Below, piece after piece: positions 35,938 through 36,277 of a stretch of DNA of 36,277 bases. This DNA comes from Desulfurococcales archaeon. Lineage in GTDB: Archaea > Thermoproteota > Thermoprotei_A > Sulfolobales > Desulfurococcaceae. The position numbers and the translations under genes are program-made. The DNA lies in the NCBI GenBank assembly GCA_015522345.1, contig WAML01000119.1:1-36277 (forward strand), written 5' to 3'. The notes under the pieces were generated by a model, which was not told the origin of the DNA, made no database searches, and worked only from the letters and a program-made list of their open reading frames with translations. The stretch's first letter is position 1. Each line of letters begins with the position of its first letter.

Positions 35938-36067
35938 TACTCATCTTTTGTTAAACAATACTTTGTATCTATATCACCATGATCGTAGTATAATCGTAGT
36001 TACTTCATAGTTTTTAATAAGGTTTAAGATGTAGACTAGACATTATTCTCGTCTGGAGTAAACAACC

Positions 36068-36277
36068 TTGCTGAGCATAAACTATATTGAAGTAAAGACG
36101 TACTGTCATGCTACAGAAGATTTGGGTAAAGTAGAGAAGGCTTTACTGAATATTTTTCCAAAGGAATTACGTAGTAGAGTTAAAATAAGCAAATATATTG
36201 TTAAAGGACATTACGGTAATCCTATAACAGTACTTAGAGCTATTGTTAAAGGAGAAAACGCCGTTAAAACTCTAGAG
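36068..36277 (+). CDS. DUF54/COG1325 family protein (predicted RNA-binding, exosome-superoperon gene), 3' end cut by window edge
   Basis: Open frame from TTG 36068 to the window end: LLSINYIEVKTYCHATEDLGKVEKALLNIFP...GHYGNPITVL. The TED..kV..aL pattern and the position after rpl15e fit the family. Confidence 0.5.
   Translation, partial: MLSINYIEVKTYCHATEDLGKVEKALLNIFPKELRSRVKISKYIVKGHYGNPITVLRAIVKGENAVKTLE

Noticed and set aside
1-36277. CRISPR arrays, tRNA/rRNA genes, transposases, integrases or other mobile-element hallmarks
   Set aside because: I saw no regularly spaced repeats, no GC-rich 70-90 nt cloverleaf candidates in any spacer, and no ORF with integrase or transposase motifs. Synteny is that of conserved core chromosome.

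Overview
AT-rich archaeal core-chromosome segment, most likely from a crenarchaeal/TACK hyperthermophile, and almost entirely coding. It consists mainly of conserved archaeal information-processing gene strings.

(i) 1-4391: the 3' part of an Mrp-type antiporter operon (MrpA/D-like, B, C, D). The first gene runs off the window.

(ii) 6989-16570: rps13-rps4-rps11-rpoD-rpl18e-rpl13-rps9-rpoN-rps2, then a Memo-like gene, an unknown protein, IDI-2, an unknown protein and GluRS.

(iii) 16682-29950: rpl7ae, rps28e (inverted), rpl24e, ndk, infB (inverted), rps6e, eif2g, PIN, rpoE, spt4, DUF359 dephospho-CoA kinase, rps24e, rps27ae (missing from the ORF track), kae1, bud32, HAM1, rps15, a RecJ/Cdc45-like protein, pcc1 and rps3ae.

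(iv) 30092-36277: a THUMP-SPOUT protein, a GlmU-like enzyme, a small conserved protein, a YchF-like NTPase, rpiA, rpl15e and the 5' end of a DUF54 gene.

I recognised no rRNA, tRNA, CRISPR array or mobile element. Internal genes are often preceded by GGTGAT-like Shine-Dalgarno motifs, and ATGA start/stop overlaps are common.

The most unusual locus is at 4402-6130. It holds a lone minus-strand gene whose motif pattern looks like an Rnl3-type RNA ligase with the motif-I lysine replaced by arginine. This gene faces divergently a GC-enriched non-coding island that carries box C/D (k-turn) motifs in exact sRNA spacing.

Secondary oddities:
- a GHMP-kinase-shaped protein without its phosphate-binding loops, sitting in the mvk/ipk slot next to IDI-2
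- a lipoyl-like barrel protein of unknown function
- a THUMP-SPOUT predicted RNA methylase
- two single-gene inversions inside a normally co-linear r-protein string
- several candidate leader RNA structures

All functional calls come from by-eye motif recognition. None has been checked by database search.
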